Origin: an uncultured Ruminococcus sp.
GTDB taxonomy: Bacteria > Bacillota > Clostridia > Oscillospirales > CAG-382
Assembly: GCA_902783535.1 (NCBI GenBank)
Contig: CACZRJ010000052.1
Span: 1-27,822, forward strand
DNA: 27,822 nt
Direction: 5' to 3'
Shown here piece after piece: positions 1 to 11,530 of this stretch. Within the stretch, counting starts at the first letter, position 1, and every line of letters starts with the position of its first letter. The notes under the pieces are model-generated. The model saw only the letters and a program-made list of their open reading frames with translations, was not told the origin of the DNA and made no database searches. Both the position numbers and the translations under genes were made by a program.

Positions 1-2242
<2,242 letters not shown>

Positions 2243-2247
2243 GATGT

Positions 2248-2901
2248 CTACGCTTCCTTTCTGTAAAAGATCATCCGGAATACGCCCGCGACGCGCGCCG
2301 GAATTTCGCGGATGTAGTTCCTTGTTTTCAGCCTCTGTCTGTCGGCGCAGACGCCTGCCGCGGCCAGGCCCACGGTTTCCGCGAAGCAGATCGACCGGTA
2401 CAGGTGGTATTTCTGGGTCACGATCAAAACGGTTCTGAAACCGAATTCGCGTTCGGCGCGTTCCATGCTTTCAAATGTTGAAAGGCCGAGCGGGTCGCAT
2501 ACGATCGCTTCTTCCGGAACGCCCTGCGAAATGCATTCGCGTTTCATCGCTTCCGGTTCGTCATATCCTTCCTTTGCTCCGTCGCCTGAAAGAAGGATGC
2601 ATTCCGCGTGACCTTCATGATAGAGGCGGACAGCCGTATCGACTCTTTCCTTCAATGCGGGCGACAGGGACCCGTCCGGGCGCACTGCCGCACCCAGCAC
2701 CAGAATGCATTCGGCGGTTTTATCGGAGGGGATTTCTTTTTCCGGACCGTAGATTTGCGGCCCGGCGTGAACGATCATATACAGATTGCACGCAGCCGTT
2801 ACAAGGACGGAAAGGAGCAGAGCGGCAGATATGACCCAGATCATCACTTTCATCCTCCTCTTCCGCGTGCCGGCCTTTGCTTTCGATGGGGCCGGACTCA
2901 T
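2248..2901 (-). CDS. SanA/YdcF (DUF218, ElyC-like) membrane-anchored protein
   Basis: N-terminal basic stretch and TM helix, then VLGAAV, R-D-A-LY, SGD, E-M, D-G-ST-S and VTQKYHLYR motifs. Start moved to the ATG at 2901, which overlaps the upstream TGA (ATGA); the ORF track starts at 3108. Confidence 0.85.
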   Translation of the reverse strand: MSPAPSKAKAGTRKRRMKVMIWVISAALLLSVLVTAACNLYMIVHAGPQIYGPEKEIPSDKTAECILVLGAAVRPDGSLSPALKERVDTAVRLYHEGHAECILLSGDGAKEGYDEPEAMKRECISQGVPEEAIVCDPLGLSTFESMERAEREFGFRTVLIVTQKYHLYRSICFAETVGLAAAGVCADRQRLKTRNYIREIPARVAGVFRMIFYRKEA

Positions 2902-3749
2902 GACGTTAGCGCCTCCAGATAGCGCTCCTTCATCGTCTTCGCGTCTTCGCTCTGCGTGCCTGCCGATTCGCTGATGATCGTCGGAGACACGCCGAGATGA
3001 GCGATCGCGTCCATCAGAGGTTCGTAATCCGGCCCGAAGACGGTATCGTCCAATGTCAAATGCCGCTTTTCGCCTTTTTCCGTATATTCGATTTTGGAGA
3101 AATGGCAATGCAGACGATCGGCGAATTCTCCTCCGAGCGCTTTTGAAATACGGTCGAAAACAAGTTTGTAGTCGTCCTCGTTCCGGAACAGCCCGCGCTC
3201 CCGGGCGTTCATGTGGCCGAAGTCGACGACAGGAACGAAACGCGGCGATATCGCGCAGAGCTCCAGGACTTCATCCAGAGTTCCCAGCTGATTCAGTTTG
3301 CCCATCGTTTCCAGACCCAGTTTGACTTCGAATCCGTTTTCTTCCAGCATCCGGTCGGCCATGCGCAGTGTGTCGGAGGCGAATGCCATCGCCTGCTCCC
3401 TTGATATTTTTGCGGCTGAGCCGGTATGGACGACCATGACGTTCGCGCCGAGGAGCCGGCAGGCGTTTGCCGAATCGTACAGATAGTCGATGCTTTTGAT
3501 CCTCTTTTCCGGTTCGACGGAAGAAAGGGAAATGAAGTACGGAGTGTGAAAGGAGAGACGAACCCCGAGAGATTTTGCGTTGAGGCCGATCTGCATCAGC
3601 GTGTCCGGAGAGGCGGCGATGCCCTGTCCGGCTTCGTATTCATAGCAGTCCAGGCCGCATTCTTTGACGAAACGCGGCGCGTCAACGGTCGATTTGTATT
3701 TTTTCTGGAAGGATACGGAGTTTCCTCCGGGTCCGAAGAATGCGCTCAT
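2898..3749 (-). CDS. nfo: Endonuclease IV (AP endonuclease family 2, TIM barrel), archaeal-like subtype
   Basis: Metal-ligand motifs in the expected order: SFHTPYFISL, VVHTG, LETMGK, DFGHM, HCHFSKIEY, GEKRHL, IISES. Start MSAFFGPGG at 3749 overlaps the yqeG stop (ATGA). Confidence 0.82.
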   Translation of the reverse strand: MSAFFGPGGNSVSFQKKYKSTVDAPRFVKECGLDCYEYEAGQGIAASPDTLMQIGLNAKSLGVRLSFHTPYFISLSSVEPEKRIKSIDYLYDSANACRLLGANVMVVHTGSAAKISREQAMAFASDTLRMADRMLEENGFEVKLGLETMGKLNQLGTLDEVLELCAISPRFVPVVDFGHMNARERGLFRNEDDYKLVFDRISKALGGEFADRLHCHFSKIEYTEKGEKRHLTLDDTVFGPDYEPLMDAIAHLGVSPTIISESAGTQSEDAKTMKERYLEALTS

Positions 3750-4288
3750 TGCCTGTTTTCTCCTTTTCGGGCATACTCGGGGTATTTTTTCAAAGACTTC
3801 AGAAAGGGTCTTTCCATGCGGCGCTTCAGCCGGAAAAACCACGTGCGTTTGTCCCTGATGGGCGGGACAATGAAGAATTCCATTCGGGCCAGATGCGCCG
3901 AGAGACAGTCGGTAAAGAGCTGGTCGCCGATTGCAACCGCCTGATCCGGCCGGATCTTGAAATCCCGGACAGCCTGTTTCGTTTTTCCGGGGAACGGCTT
4001 TTTTGCGTTGCAGTAGCAGGGAAACCCCAGTTCCTCGTTGAAAAGAACCGTTCTGTCGTTTCTGTTGTTCGATACGAACGCCACCTGGATTCCGCTCTCC
4101 TTCAAAGCGAGCAGATAGGCCTTCATTTTTTCCGTGGGGCGCTCGATTTCGTACGGCGCGATTGTGTTGTCAATGTCAAACACAACGCCGCGGATGCCCC
4201 TCTCGAGAAGGAAAGCCGGTGTGATTTCGTAAATGGTCGAAAACAGGATGTCAGGTCGCAACAGACCTTTTTTTGCGTTGATTTCCAT
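3746..4288 (-). CDS. YqeG-family HAD IIIA phosphatase
   Basis: HAD motif I FDIDNTI, motif II VSNN, motif III AKKP, motif IV IGDQLFTD, and a C-terminal FFRLKRRMER segment typical of YqeG. Confidence 0.9.
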   Translation of the reverse strand: MEINAKKGLLRPDILFSTIYEITPAFLLERGIRGVVFDIDNTIAPYEIERPTEKMKAYLLALKESGIQVAFVSNNRNDRTVLFNEELGFPCYCNAKKPFPGKTKQAVRDFKIRPDQAVAIGDQLFTDCLSAHLARMEFFIVPPIRDKRTWFFRLKRRMERPFLKSLKKYPEYARKGENRQ

Positions 4289-4294
4289 AACCGT

Positions 4295-6346
4295 TTACCC
4301 AATCAGAAGGTAGGAGACGGAGAACGGGGGAAGTTCCGGCGTGCAGGAGCCGCCTTTGCATTCGACCGGAATCCGCAGGTCGCCGTACGGTGTGTATATG
4401 CCGTCCGGAATGTCCGAAGAAACGATCGTCGGACGGTCCGGTTTCGCAGATGCATTGATCAGGAATAGAAGTTTCCGGCCGTCTTTTCTTTCCCAGAGTT
4501 CCGAGAAAGCGGCGGTATGCGTCAGTTTTCCTCCGTACGCTTCGATGGTAATATGTCTTGTCCTGAGCATTCCCGAACCGGTGACAGAAGGAGAACGCAT
4601 CAGTCGTCCGTCATAGATATAGGAACCGATCTGTTCTCTGCACCTGACGCATTTTTTGTAGAAAAGTCTGTTCTTCAGACGACGGTATACTTCCGGATAG
4701 ATCCAGCCCATCTGTTCTCCGAACGTCAGTGACTGGGCGGCGAGGATGTTCTGACCGACGGCGGTCGGCGCGGAAGCATAGTTTCGCCCGAACAGAACGA
4801 CCAGCCCGTTATAGACCGCGGTGAATGCCGGGACCTGATTGTTTTTGATCCAGATCCAGGTCAGGAATCCCTGAATGTTTTTCATATACGGCTCCGAAGT
4901 GCACTCGGTCGTCAGGAATCCGCCTTCCGGCATTGAGAGCCGGACGTGGTCGATCAGATTGCGGTAGCTTTCCACCCACCATGTGCCTCCGCCCGGGCGG
5001 TGGTGATGAGAGCGGTCTTCGCACGGGTACGGCTGCGCGGCGCCGATCTGGTCGATATAAACGCCGTCGACATCGAGTTCGGCAAAGAGCGTGCGGACGA
5101 TCTCCTTTTGCTTTTCCTGCCACAGAGCGGTCGAAGGGCACATGATCGCCTGCTCGACTCCGCTGGTCGGATAAACTTCAATAAAAGGATCTCCGCAGCT
5201 GTTTTTCGTGCAATACGGTTTCGCGACGCTCGTAAACTGCCAGTCTTCGGTCCCGCGGTCGTGCGTATCCCAGAGACGCCCGTTGATGTATGGCATATAC
5301 CGCATCCCGCCCTCATGCAGTCTTTTCATTCCGGCTACGGAACATGATTTGGCGGGGAAGTAATGCGGGTAATTCGTGTCGTAGGGGATCCGGTGCCAGT
5401 CGTAAAGATGTACGGGACTCGGAGCGGACAGCGCGAGATCTTTCGAAGCCGAAAGCAGTTCCTCGGCGAAACCGTCCGTTTCGCGGATGCGCTTACGCCA
5501 CCAGTGGGGGTTCGTTCTCAGCCAGTCCGGGGTGTCGATGCGCTTTCCGTCTTTACAGTCCGGAATCCAGGAAGCGTTCCGAAGAACGAACGATTTGTAG
5601 ATGTTCGCCGCATCGAACCAGTCTCCGCGGAACAGTTCCCAGACAAGCAGACCTTCGAGGTATTGGGAGTTTGAGGGAAGGCCGATGTCCCGAAGCGGCA
5701 TGGACGCTTTGATATAAGCGTTCCGGGCGTTCGGTTCCTTCACATAAAAGAGCCGCTTGTAGGCCGGCGCAGGATCGTGCAGCCCGTAGTATATCCCTGT
5801 TCCGGATGATTTGTCCCAGAATGCCATATACTGCATGGATACTCCGTAGGACGGGTAGTTCTGCACCGTTCGGAACGGTTGGGAGGAAGAATAAACTTCG
5901 CCGCAGCCGTATGGGAAAAAGACCTCTCTTTCCGGTGAAGACGTGAAAGTCAGGACAGGATAGTCGCATTCGACGGCCGTCACTTCCGGATGCTCGTTCA
6001 GAATGCGCACGGACCATGCGATCCGATGCGTCCCCGCGGCGGAGGCCTCCAGATACACGGCCAGCCCGGGGTACGCCGCATGCTTTTCAAAAGCAAGGAG
6101 GGCTGACGAACCCGTGAGAGAAACGGAGGCGGCCTGCCAGCCGGCATCCGACGCGAGCACGGATTCCGAACCGTCGGTAAGCCGGCGGATCTTTAATGAA
6201 AAGAGCGGGGAGCGGCCGCTGAAGAACACGGTTCCGGCGTCGCTGTCCGCGATGCCGCCGAGAGACAGGCCTTCTTCCGTGCGCAGGAAAGTGAGCGAGA
6301 GGCTGCCGGCGCTGAATCTGTATTTTTTTGTGACTGACGTTTTCAT
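4295..6346 (-). CDS. Uncharacterised 683-aa protein, DUF6259-like putative glycoside hydrolase
   Basis: Long ORF with a GGAGG SD and no signal peptide. Motifs LFRGDWFDAA, YDWH..PYDTNYPHYFP, MPYINGRLWD, MCP, DGVYIDQI, C..H.H and LTTE resemble beta-sandwich + TIM-barrel glycosidase-like families. Family assignment is from recall, not a search. Confidence 0.6.
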   Translation of the reverse strand: MKTSVTKKYRFSAGSLSLTFLRTEEGLSLGGIADSDAGTVFFSGRSPLFSLKIRRLTDGSESVLASDAGWQAASVSLTGSSALLAFEKHAAYPGLAVYLEASAAGTHRIAWSVRILNEHPEVTAVECDYPVLTFTSSPEREVFFPYGCGEVYSSSQPFRTVQNYPSYGVSMQYMAFWDKSSGTGIYYGLHDPAPAYKRLFYVKEPNARNAYIKASMPLRDIGLPSNSQYLEGLLVWELFRGDWFDAANIYKSFVLRNASWIPDCKDGKRIDTPDWLRTNPHWWRKRIRETDGFAEELLSASKDLALSAPSPVHLYDWHRIPYDTNYPHYFPAKSCSVAGMKRLHEGGMRYMPYINGRLWDTHDRGTEDWQFTSVAKPYCTKNSCGDPFIEVYPTSGVEQAIMCPSTALWQEKQKEIVRTLFAELDVDGVYIDQIGAAQPYPCEDRSHHHRPGGGTWWVESYRNLIDHVRLSMPEGGFLTTECTSEPYMKNIQGFLTWIWIKNNQVPAFTAVYNGLVVLFGRNYASAPTAVGQNILAAQSLTFGEQMGWIYPEVYRRLKNRLFYKKCVRCREQIGSYIYDGRLMRSPSVTGSGMLRTRHITIEAYGGKLTHTAAFSELWERKDGRKLLFLINASAKPDRPTIVSSDIPDGIYTPYGDLRIPVECKGGSCTPELPPFSVSYLLIG

Positions 6347-6377
6347 CTGTCGGCCTCCGCTTGAAAACCGTAAAAGA

Positions 6378-8576
6378 TCAGAAGGACAGCAGGTCCGGAA
6401 GCGAAGAATAACGCACGGGGATCCTGTCGTTTTTCGTCATTCGGGCGACCACATTCGGGTCTCCGACCATGCACACCGCTTCTTTCGCTCTCGTGACGGC
6501 GGTATAAAGCAGATTTCTGGTCATCAGGGGATAGGGCGCCGGAAAAGACGGGATCACGACGATCCTGTATTCGCTGCCCTGGCTTTTATGCGTTGTGATC
6601 GCATAGGCGTGTTCCAGATCCTCAAGAAGAGAGAAGTCATAGTCGCAGATGCGGCCGTCAAAGTCGATCCGGAGATATTCTCCCTGCATGTTGATAAATA
6701 GGATGGTTCCGATGTCTCCGTTGAAAATGCCTTCGCCTTCCTCGCCGTCTCTGTCCCAGGTCAGGTCATAATTGTTCCGGACCTGCATGACCTTGTCGCG
6801 TTCACGGAATACGCGGGTTCCGGATTTCTTTTCTCTTTTTCCTTCCGAGGGCGGGTTCAGCACTCGCTGAAGCTCCGGGTTCAGTTCCACGGTCCCGAGC
6901 GGGCCTTTTCTTGTAATGCAAATGACTTGTATGTCTTTGGAGGGATCGGCGCGGTAATAGTTCGGAAGCCTTGTGGTGCAAAGCGCCAGGAGCGCCTGCC
7001 GCGTCTGTTCGGCGTCAGGCTCTTTCAGGAAAAAGAAATCGCTGTCGGTTTTGGAAAGAACCGGCATTTCACCGCGGTTGATCCTGTGCGCGTTCGTCAC
7101 GATCAGGCTTTCTTCCGCCTGACGGTGGATCGTTTTCAGCCGAATGGAGAAAAAACGTTTTGATCTCAGCATTGCCGAGAGACAGCTGCCCGGACCGACC
7201 GGCGGCAGCTGATCGATGTCTCCGATCAGGACGACACGCGTCCCGAGCCTGATCGCTCTCAAAAGCGATTCCATCAGCAGAATGTCAACCATGGACATTT
7301 CGTCTATGATCACGACGTCATATTTCAAAGGCGTTTCCTCGTCCCGCTTGAAAACAAGCACGTCCTGTTCGCCCGGCGCCGCTTCGAGCAGACGGTGGAT
7401 CGTCTTTGCCTCTTTTCCGCACGCTTCGCTCATTCTTTTGGCTGCCCGTCCGGTCGGAGCCGCCAGTGCACACGACATTTTCAGATCGCGGAAAATTGCC
7501 AGAAGCGCGCGGACGATCGTCGTTTTTCCGGTTCCGGGTCCGCCTGTCAGGATGGTCAGGCCGTGTGTCGAAGCGGTCAGGATCGCCTGCTTTTGCTCGT
7601 CGTCGTATTGAATGCCGAATTCGTTTTCCAATCCCTTGATTCGTTCTTCGACGCCTCCGATCTTGAACAGCAGCCTGCTTTCGGAAATGGCGACGGCCTT
7701 TTCTGCAACATATCGTTCGGCGCTGTCCAGCATGGGGACTGCGTCGTATCTGTGTTCCGCGTCCTCCGTTACGATCAGCTCTCCCGTTTTTTCCATTGAA
7801 AGGGCGACGGCTTTCGCATCCCGGTCGTCGATTTCCAGTTCGCGGGCGCATTTTGCGATCAGGCTGTCCGTCGGCAGTTTGCAGTGTCCGCCCTGGTAAG
7901 CAGAATCCATCAGGACATACAGGATCCCGGCGCGGATGCGTTCCGGAGCCGAGAGAGAGAAGCCGACGTGTTTCGCATATGCGTCCGTTTTGTCAAACCG
8001 GATTCCCACCAGGTCCTCGCACAGTCTGTAAGGATTCTGCTTGACGGTCTCGACGCATGCCGGGCCGTATCGTTTAAAAATCCTCACGGCGGTCGGCAGG
8101 CCGAAAAACTGACCGAATTCCGTAATGGCCGAGCGCATTCCCGCCTGCTGCATATATGACTGATGGATTTCCTGCGCCTTGGAAGGAGATATGCCTTTGA
8201 CGTCAGCCAGCCATGCGGGGTGATGCTCGATGATGTCAAGCGACTGCTCTTCAAACATGTCCACGATCCGTCCGGCAAGCGTCGGACCGATCCCGCGGAC
8301 CGCCTTGGATGACAGATAGCGAAGAATGGATTCTTTGGTGTCGGGAAGACGATGCTCCACGAAATCCGCTTTGAACTGCCGGCCGAAAGAGGGGTGTACG
8401 GACCATTTGCCGTTCACGCGGATGGTTTCGCCGATGACGAGCGACGGCATGGTGCCGACAACCGTGACCGGCTCTCCCATACAGTCGATGACGCAGACGG
8501 AATACCCGGATTCGCGGTCGGCATAGATGATTTCTTCAATTGTCCCTTCCAGACAGCCGGTGTTTTCCTCGTTCAA
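6378..8576 (-). CDS. recD2: ATP-dependent RecD-like (RecD2) SF1B DNA helicase
   Basis: N-terminal OB and HhH regions (GIGPTLAGRI, VKGISP), Walker A GGPGTGKT, APTGRAAKR, TIHRLL, DEMSM, GDIDQLPPVGPG, YAITTHKSQGSEY, RNLLYTAVTRAK. TTG at 8576 is 8 nt from AAGGAG and is preferred over GTG at 8582, which is only 2 nt from it. Confidence 0.95.
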   Translation of the reverse strand: MNEENTGCLEGTIEEIIYADRESGYSVCVIDCMGEPVTVVGTMPSLVIGETIRVNGKWSVHPSFGRQFKADFVEHRLPDTKESILRYLSSKAVRGIGPTLAGRIVDMFEEQSLDIIEHHPAWLADVKGISPSKAQEIHQSYMQQAGMRSAITEFGQFFGLPTAVRIFKRYGPACVETVKQNPYRLCEDLVGIRFDKTDAYAKHVGFSLSAPERIRAGILYVLMDSAYQGGHCKLPTDSLIAKCARELEIDDRDAKAVALSMEKTGELIVTEDAEHRYDAVPMLDSAERYVAEKAVAISESRLLFKIGGVEERIKGLENEFGIQYDDEQKQAILTASTHGLTILTGGPGTGKTTIVRALLAIFRDLKMSCALAAPTGRAAKRMSEACGKEAKTIHRLLEAAPGEQDVLVFKRDEETPLKYDVVIIDEMSMVDILLMESLLRAIRLGTRVVLIGDIDQLPPVGPGSCLSAMLRSKRFFSIRLKTIHRQAEESLIVTNAHRINRGEMPVLSKTDSDFFFLKEPDAEQTRQALLALCTTRLPNYYRADPSKDIQVICITRKGPLGTVELNPELQRVLNPPSEGKREKKSGTRVFRERDKVMQVRNNYDLTWDRDGEEGEGIFNGDIGTILFINMQGEYLRIDFDGRICDYDFSLLEDLEHAYAITTHKSQGSEYRIVVIPSFPAPYPLMTRNLLYTAVTRAKEAVCMVGDPNVVARMTKNDRIPVRYSSLPDLLSF

Positions 8577-8612
8577 CTGCACGACTCCTTTACGATCATA
8601 TAAACTACCTTA

Positions 8613-8641
8613 ATTATATCCGAACAAGACCGAAAAAGCAA
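8613..8641 (-). promoter_or_regulatory. Sigma-A promoter for the recD2...ligA run
   Basis: Minus strand TTGCTT-17 nt-TATAAT, about 35 nt upstream of the recD2 start. Confidence 0.7.
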
Positions 8642-8701
8642 GGCGATTCTTCATCGATTTCCGTTTTCGCGTCGGTTTCGCCGACTCGCGGAGCAGTATG
8701 C

Positions 8702-8735
8702 AAAAAAGAGCCGGCGAAGCGGTCGCTTCGCCGGC
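8702..8735 (-). terminator. Intrinsic terminator after ispH-rpsA
   Basis: Perfect 11-bp stem GCCGGCGAAGC/GCTTCGCCGGC with a 4-nt loop, followed on the minus strand by TCTTTTTT. Confidence 0.9.
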
Positions 8736-8754
8736 ACGATTCATGATCCGGTGA

Positions 8755-10830
8755 TTATTCTTCGTCCTTGGTTTCAGCAGGTTCTTCCGGAGCGGGCTGC
8801 GCGACAGGTTCTTCCGCCGGGGCTTCTGCGGGGGCTTCCGCGGGAGTGTCCGAAGGAATCTCCTCAGCCGCTTCGTCAGCTGCTCCTTCGACAAATTCCG
8901 GCTCAAGAAGCGCCTTGATGGACAGGTTGATGCGCTTGTGCTCGGTGTCGATCGCAACGATTTTGACCGTGACCTTGTCGCCGACTTTCAGGACGGAAGC
9001 GGGGGAGTCGATGTGCTTCGCGGAGATCTGGCTGTTGTGGATCAGGCCGTCGAGTTCGGGGATGATCTCGGCAAACGCGCCGTAGGACATCAGGGAAACG
9101 ACGGTGACGTCGACGACATCGCCGACGGCATATTTTTCGGTGAAGATCTTCCACGGATCATTCTCGGGCGTTTTGTATCCGAGGGAGATCCGTTTGGTCT
9201 CGGGGTCGAACGATTTGATGTAAACATTGAGTTTCTGCCCGACCGTCAGGATCTCCGTCGGCGGACGCAATTTGCCCCAGGAAAGCTCGGAAATATGGAC
9301 CATGCCGTCCACCGGCCCGATGTTGACGAACGCGCCATAATTGGTCAGAGCGCGGACTGTGCCGACGAATTTCTGACCCGGCTCAAGCGTTTTGTAGAAT
9401 TCTTCTTCCGCCTGTTTCTTTTCCGCTCTGGCGACAGCTTTGATGGAGCCGACCGCGCGGCGGCGCTCGTCGTTGACGTCGATGATCTTGAAGGAGACCT
9501 TCTTGCCCTTCAGCTGATCCGGGTCTTCGTCTTTGCCGACGCCGGACTGGGATGCGGGGATGAACACGCGGGAAGCGCCTTTCATGACGACAAGGCCGGA
9601 GAAATTGTTTTCCTTGCGGATCACATCGTGGACCACGCCGGTCAGAATCTCGCCGGATTCGTACGCGGCTTTCGTCGTCTGCCATCCCTTGGAAGACTCC
9701 AGACGCTTGCTGGACAACTGGACAGTTCCGTCCAGGTCGCTGAACTTGACGCATACGACTTCGATCTGATCGCCGACATGGTATTTTTCCGTCAGGTCGA
9801 TCCCGCTCTCGTCGGTGATCTCGTCGTAAGGAAGGATACCGGTGTGTTTGGTTCCCAGATCGACTTTTAATTCTGCGGGGCTGACCGCAGACACTGTTCC
9901 GACCACCTTGTCTCCTGTATGCAATGTTTTGAAAGAGGCGTTCAGCATTTCCTCAAAGCTGGTCTCTTCATTCATGATTTCTGTCATGGCTGTGTATACC
10001 TCCTGGATGATTCCGCCGGGGGTGGAAGCTCCCGCGGTAATCAATATATTATTTGCTTGTTGAATCAGTTCCCGATGGCCGGGAAGGTCACCTGCCGTCT
10101 CCACCATGATCGCTTTTTTCCCGCAGGCTTCCGCGACGCGATAGAGTTTCAGGGTGTTGGAACTCCCGGGACTGCCGACGACAACGGTCAGATCGTTTTC
10201 GGGAGAAAGTTTCCGGACTTCTTCCTGGCGGGATTCGGTCACGGAGCATATGGTATCCGCAATGTGCAGATTCGAATAAACGGTTTTCAGGAACGCCTGG
10301 CATTCCTTCCACTCGCCGGTATGGAAAGTGGTCTGAACGGCAAGCGTTGCGGGCGCATCTGATTTTTTTCCGTCCGCGAAATGGGATTTCAGTTCATCGA
10401 TGCCGGAATAGACGGAAACCTTTCCCGCGGCGGAGGAGACGATTCCTTGTATTTCGGGATGGAGCCGGTCGCCGATGATGATGAACTCGCTGTCGCGGCA
10501 TGAGGCGGCGATATCCTGAATCTTCCGGACGTACGGGCAGGTCGCGTCGATGATCTCCGCATTGCATTCGGACGCGGATGCATAGACATCCTTGGTGGCG
10601 CCGTGCGCACGGATAAAGAGGAGCGCACCGTCCGGAAGCGAAGGGATGTCGGCAGGTTCGATGAACCTGACGCCCCGTTTTCGGAGAGAATCGTTGAACA
10701 CGCGGTTGTGGATCAGTTCACCGACGCAATAGATCTCCCGGCCGTCGTTCTTGAGCGCGTTTTCCATCAACTGGACCGCGCGGGACACGCCGGGACAGAA
10801 CCCGGCCTGCTTGGCGATCGTGATTTTCAT
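8755..10830 (-). CDS. ispH: Bifunctional 4-hydroxy-3-methylbut-2-enyl diphosphate reductase / 30S ribosomal protein S1 fusion
   Basis: IspH motifs AGFCPGV, LIHN, IRAHG, DATCPYV, HPEI, QTT, DTIC, SSNT, TAGASTP with the three Fe-S cysteines. Followed by about four S1 repeats (GAFVNIGPVDGMVHISELSW, GAFAEIIPELDGLIHNSQIS) and an acidic Pro/Ala tail. Confidence 0.95.
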   Translation of the reverse strand: MKITIAKQAGFCPGVSRAVQLMENALKNDGREIYCVGELIHNRVFNDSLRKRGVRFIEPADIPSLPDGALLFIRAHGATKDVYASASECNAEIIDATCPYVRKIQDIAASCRDSEFIIIGDRLHPEIQGIVSSAAGKVSVYSGIDELKSHFADGKKSDAPATLAVQTTFHTGEWKECQAFLKTVYSNLHIADTICSVTESRQEEVRKLSPENDLTVVVGSPGSSNTLKLYRVAEACGKKAIMVETAGDLPGHRELIQQANNILITAGASTPGGIIQEVYTAMTEIMNEETSFEEMLNASFKTLHTGDKVVGTVSAVSPAELKVDLGTKHTGILPYDEITDESGIDLTEKYHVGDQIEVVCVKFSDLDGTVQLSSKRLESSKGWQTTKAAYESGEILTGVVHDVIRKENNFSGLVVMKGASRVFIPASQSGVGKDEDPDQLKGKKVSFKIIDVNDERRRAVGSIKAVARAEKKQAEEEFYKTLEPGQKFVGTVRALTNYGAFVNIGPVDGMVHISELSWGKLRPPTEILTVGQKLNVYIKSFDPETKRISLGYKTPENDPWKIFTEKYAVGDVVDVTVVSLMSYGAFAEIIPELDGLIHNSQISAKHIDSPASVLKVGDKVTVKIVAIDTEHKRINLSIKALLEPEFVEGAADEAAEEIPSDTPAEAPAEAPAEEPVAQPAPEEPAETKDEE

Positions 10831-11513
10831 TTCACCGGGATCTTGCTGCGGACGATCCGCATTGCGGCTTCCGCCGTTCCCTCGATGTCGAGGTTGGTGT
10901 TGTCCATCAGAACGGCGTCTTCCGCCGGAACTGCCGGCGCGATTTCCCGTTCGGCGTCGTTCTTGTCACGCCACAGGATGTCTTTCAGGACATCTGCGTA
11001 TACGGCCCGCTCGCCTTTGGCGATGAGCTCGCGGTAACGTCTCGCGGCGCGGGATTCGGGAGATGCGGACATGAAGATTTTTACGTTGGCAGACGGCAAT
11101 ACGACCGTTCCGATGTCCCGCCCGTCCATGATGACGTTCTCGACTCTGGCGATGGAGCGCTGCGTTTCAAGAAGAAACGCGCGGACTTCGGGAACCTTGG
11201 AAACCTGAGAAGCGTAACGTGAGATCGTTTCCGTCCGGATCTCGTTTCCGAGCGGGCGCCCGTTCAGGAAAACGGTATTTCCTCCGTCAATCACCCGCAT
11301 TTCCAGCATACATGAGGAAAGCAGCGGAACGACGTCCTGAGGACGGTCGGCGGAGACACCCTGTTCGGATGCGAACAGACCGACGGCGCGGTACAGTGCG
11401 CCCGTGTCGATATATACGTAGCCGAGCCTTTTCGCGAGCTGTTTCGCAAGCGTGCTTTTCCCGGATCCGGAAGGACCGTCGATCGCGATTTGAAATGTAA
11501 CTGTCTTTTTCAA
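10827..11513 (-). CDS. cmk: Cytidylate kinase
   Basis: IAIDGPSGSGKST, IDTGALYRA, MDGRDIGTVVLP, RDKND..R..AP. TTG at 11513 is preferred because AAGGTGA lies 5 nt upstream; the ORF track uses GTG at 11522. Stop overlaps the ispH ATG. Confidence 0.96.
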   Translation of the reverse strand: MKKTVTFQIAIDGPSGSGKSTLAKQLAKRLGYVYIDTGALYRAVGLFASEQGVSADRPQDVVPLLSSCMLEMRVIDGGNTVFLNGRPLGNEIRTETISRYASQVSKVPEVRAFLLETQRSIARVENVIMDGRDIGTVVLPSANVKIFMSASPESRAARRYRELIAKGERAVYADVLKDILWRDKNDAEREIAPAVPAEDAVLMDNTNLDIEGTAEAAMRIVRSKIPVK

Positions 11514-11530
11514 AAAAATCACCTTTTGTA

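Noticed and set aside
2248-2901. SanA-like gene as an anti-phage SanaTA component, or as a lipoprotein (TAAC)
   Set aside because: The name similarity is coincidental; this is DUF218 with no toxin partner. The lipobox is poor, and a Cys at the end of the TM anchor is not sufficient evidence.
2248-3108. ORF-track N-terminal extension of the SanA-like gene (also of nfo, 3750-3842)
   Set aside because: The extensions lie inside the upstream genes; ATGA-overlap starts at 2901 and 3749 fit better.
8668-8691. Extra GC hairpin (GTCGG/CCGAC) between the rpsA terminator and the recD2 promoter as a REP-like repeat
   Set aside because: No second copy was found in the window, and short GC stems are expected by chance.
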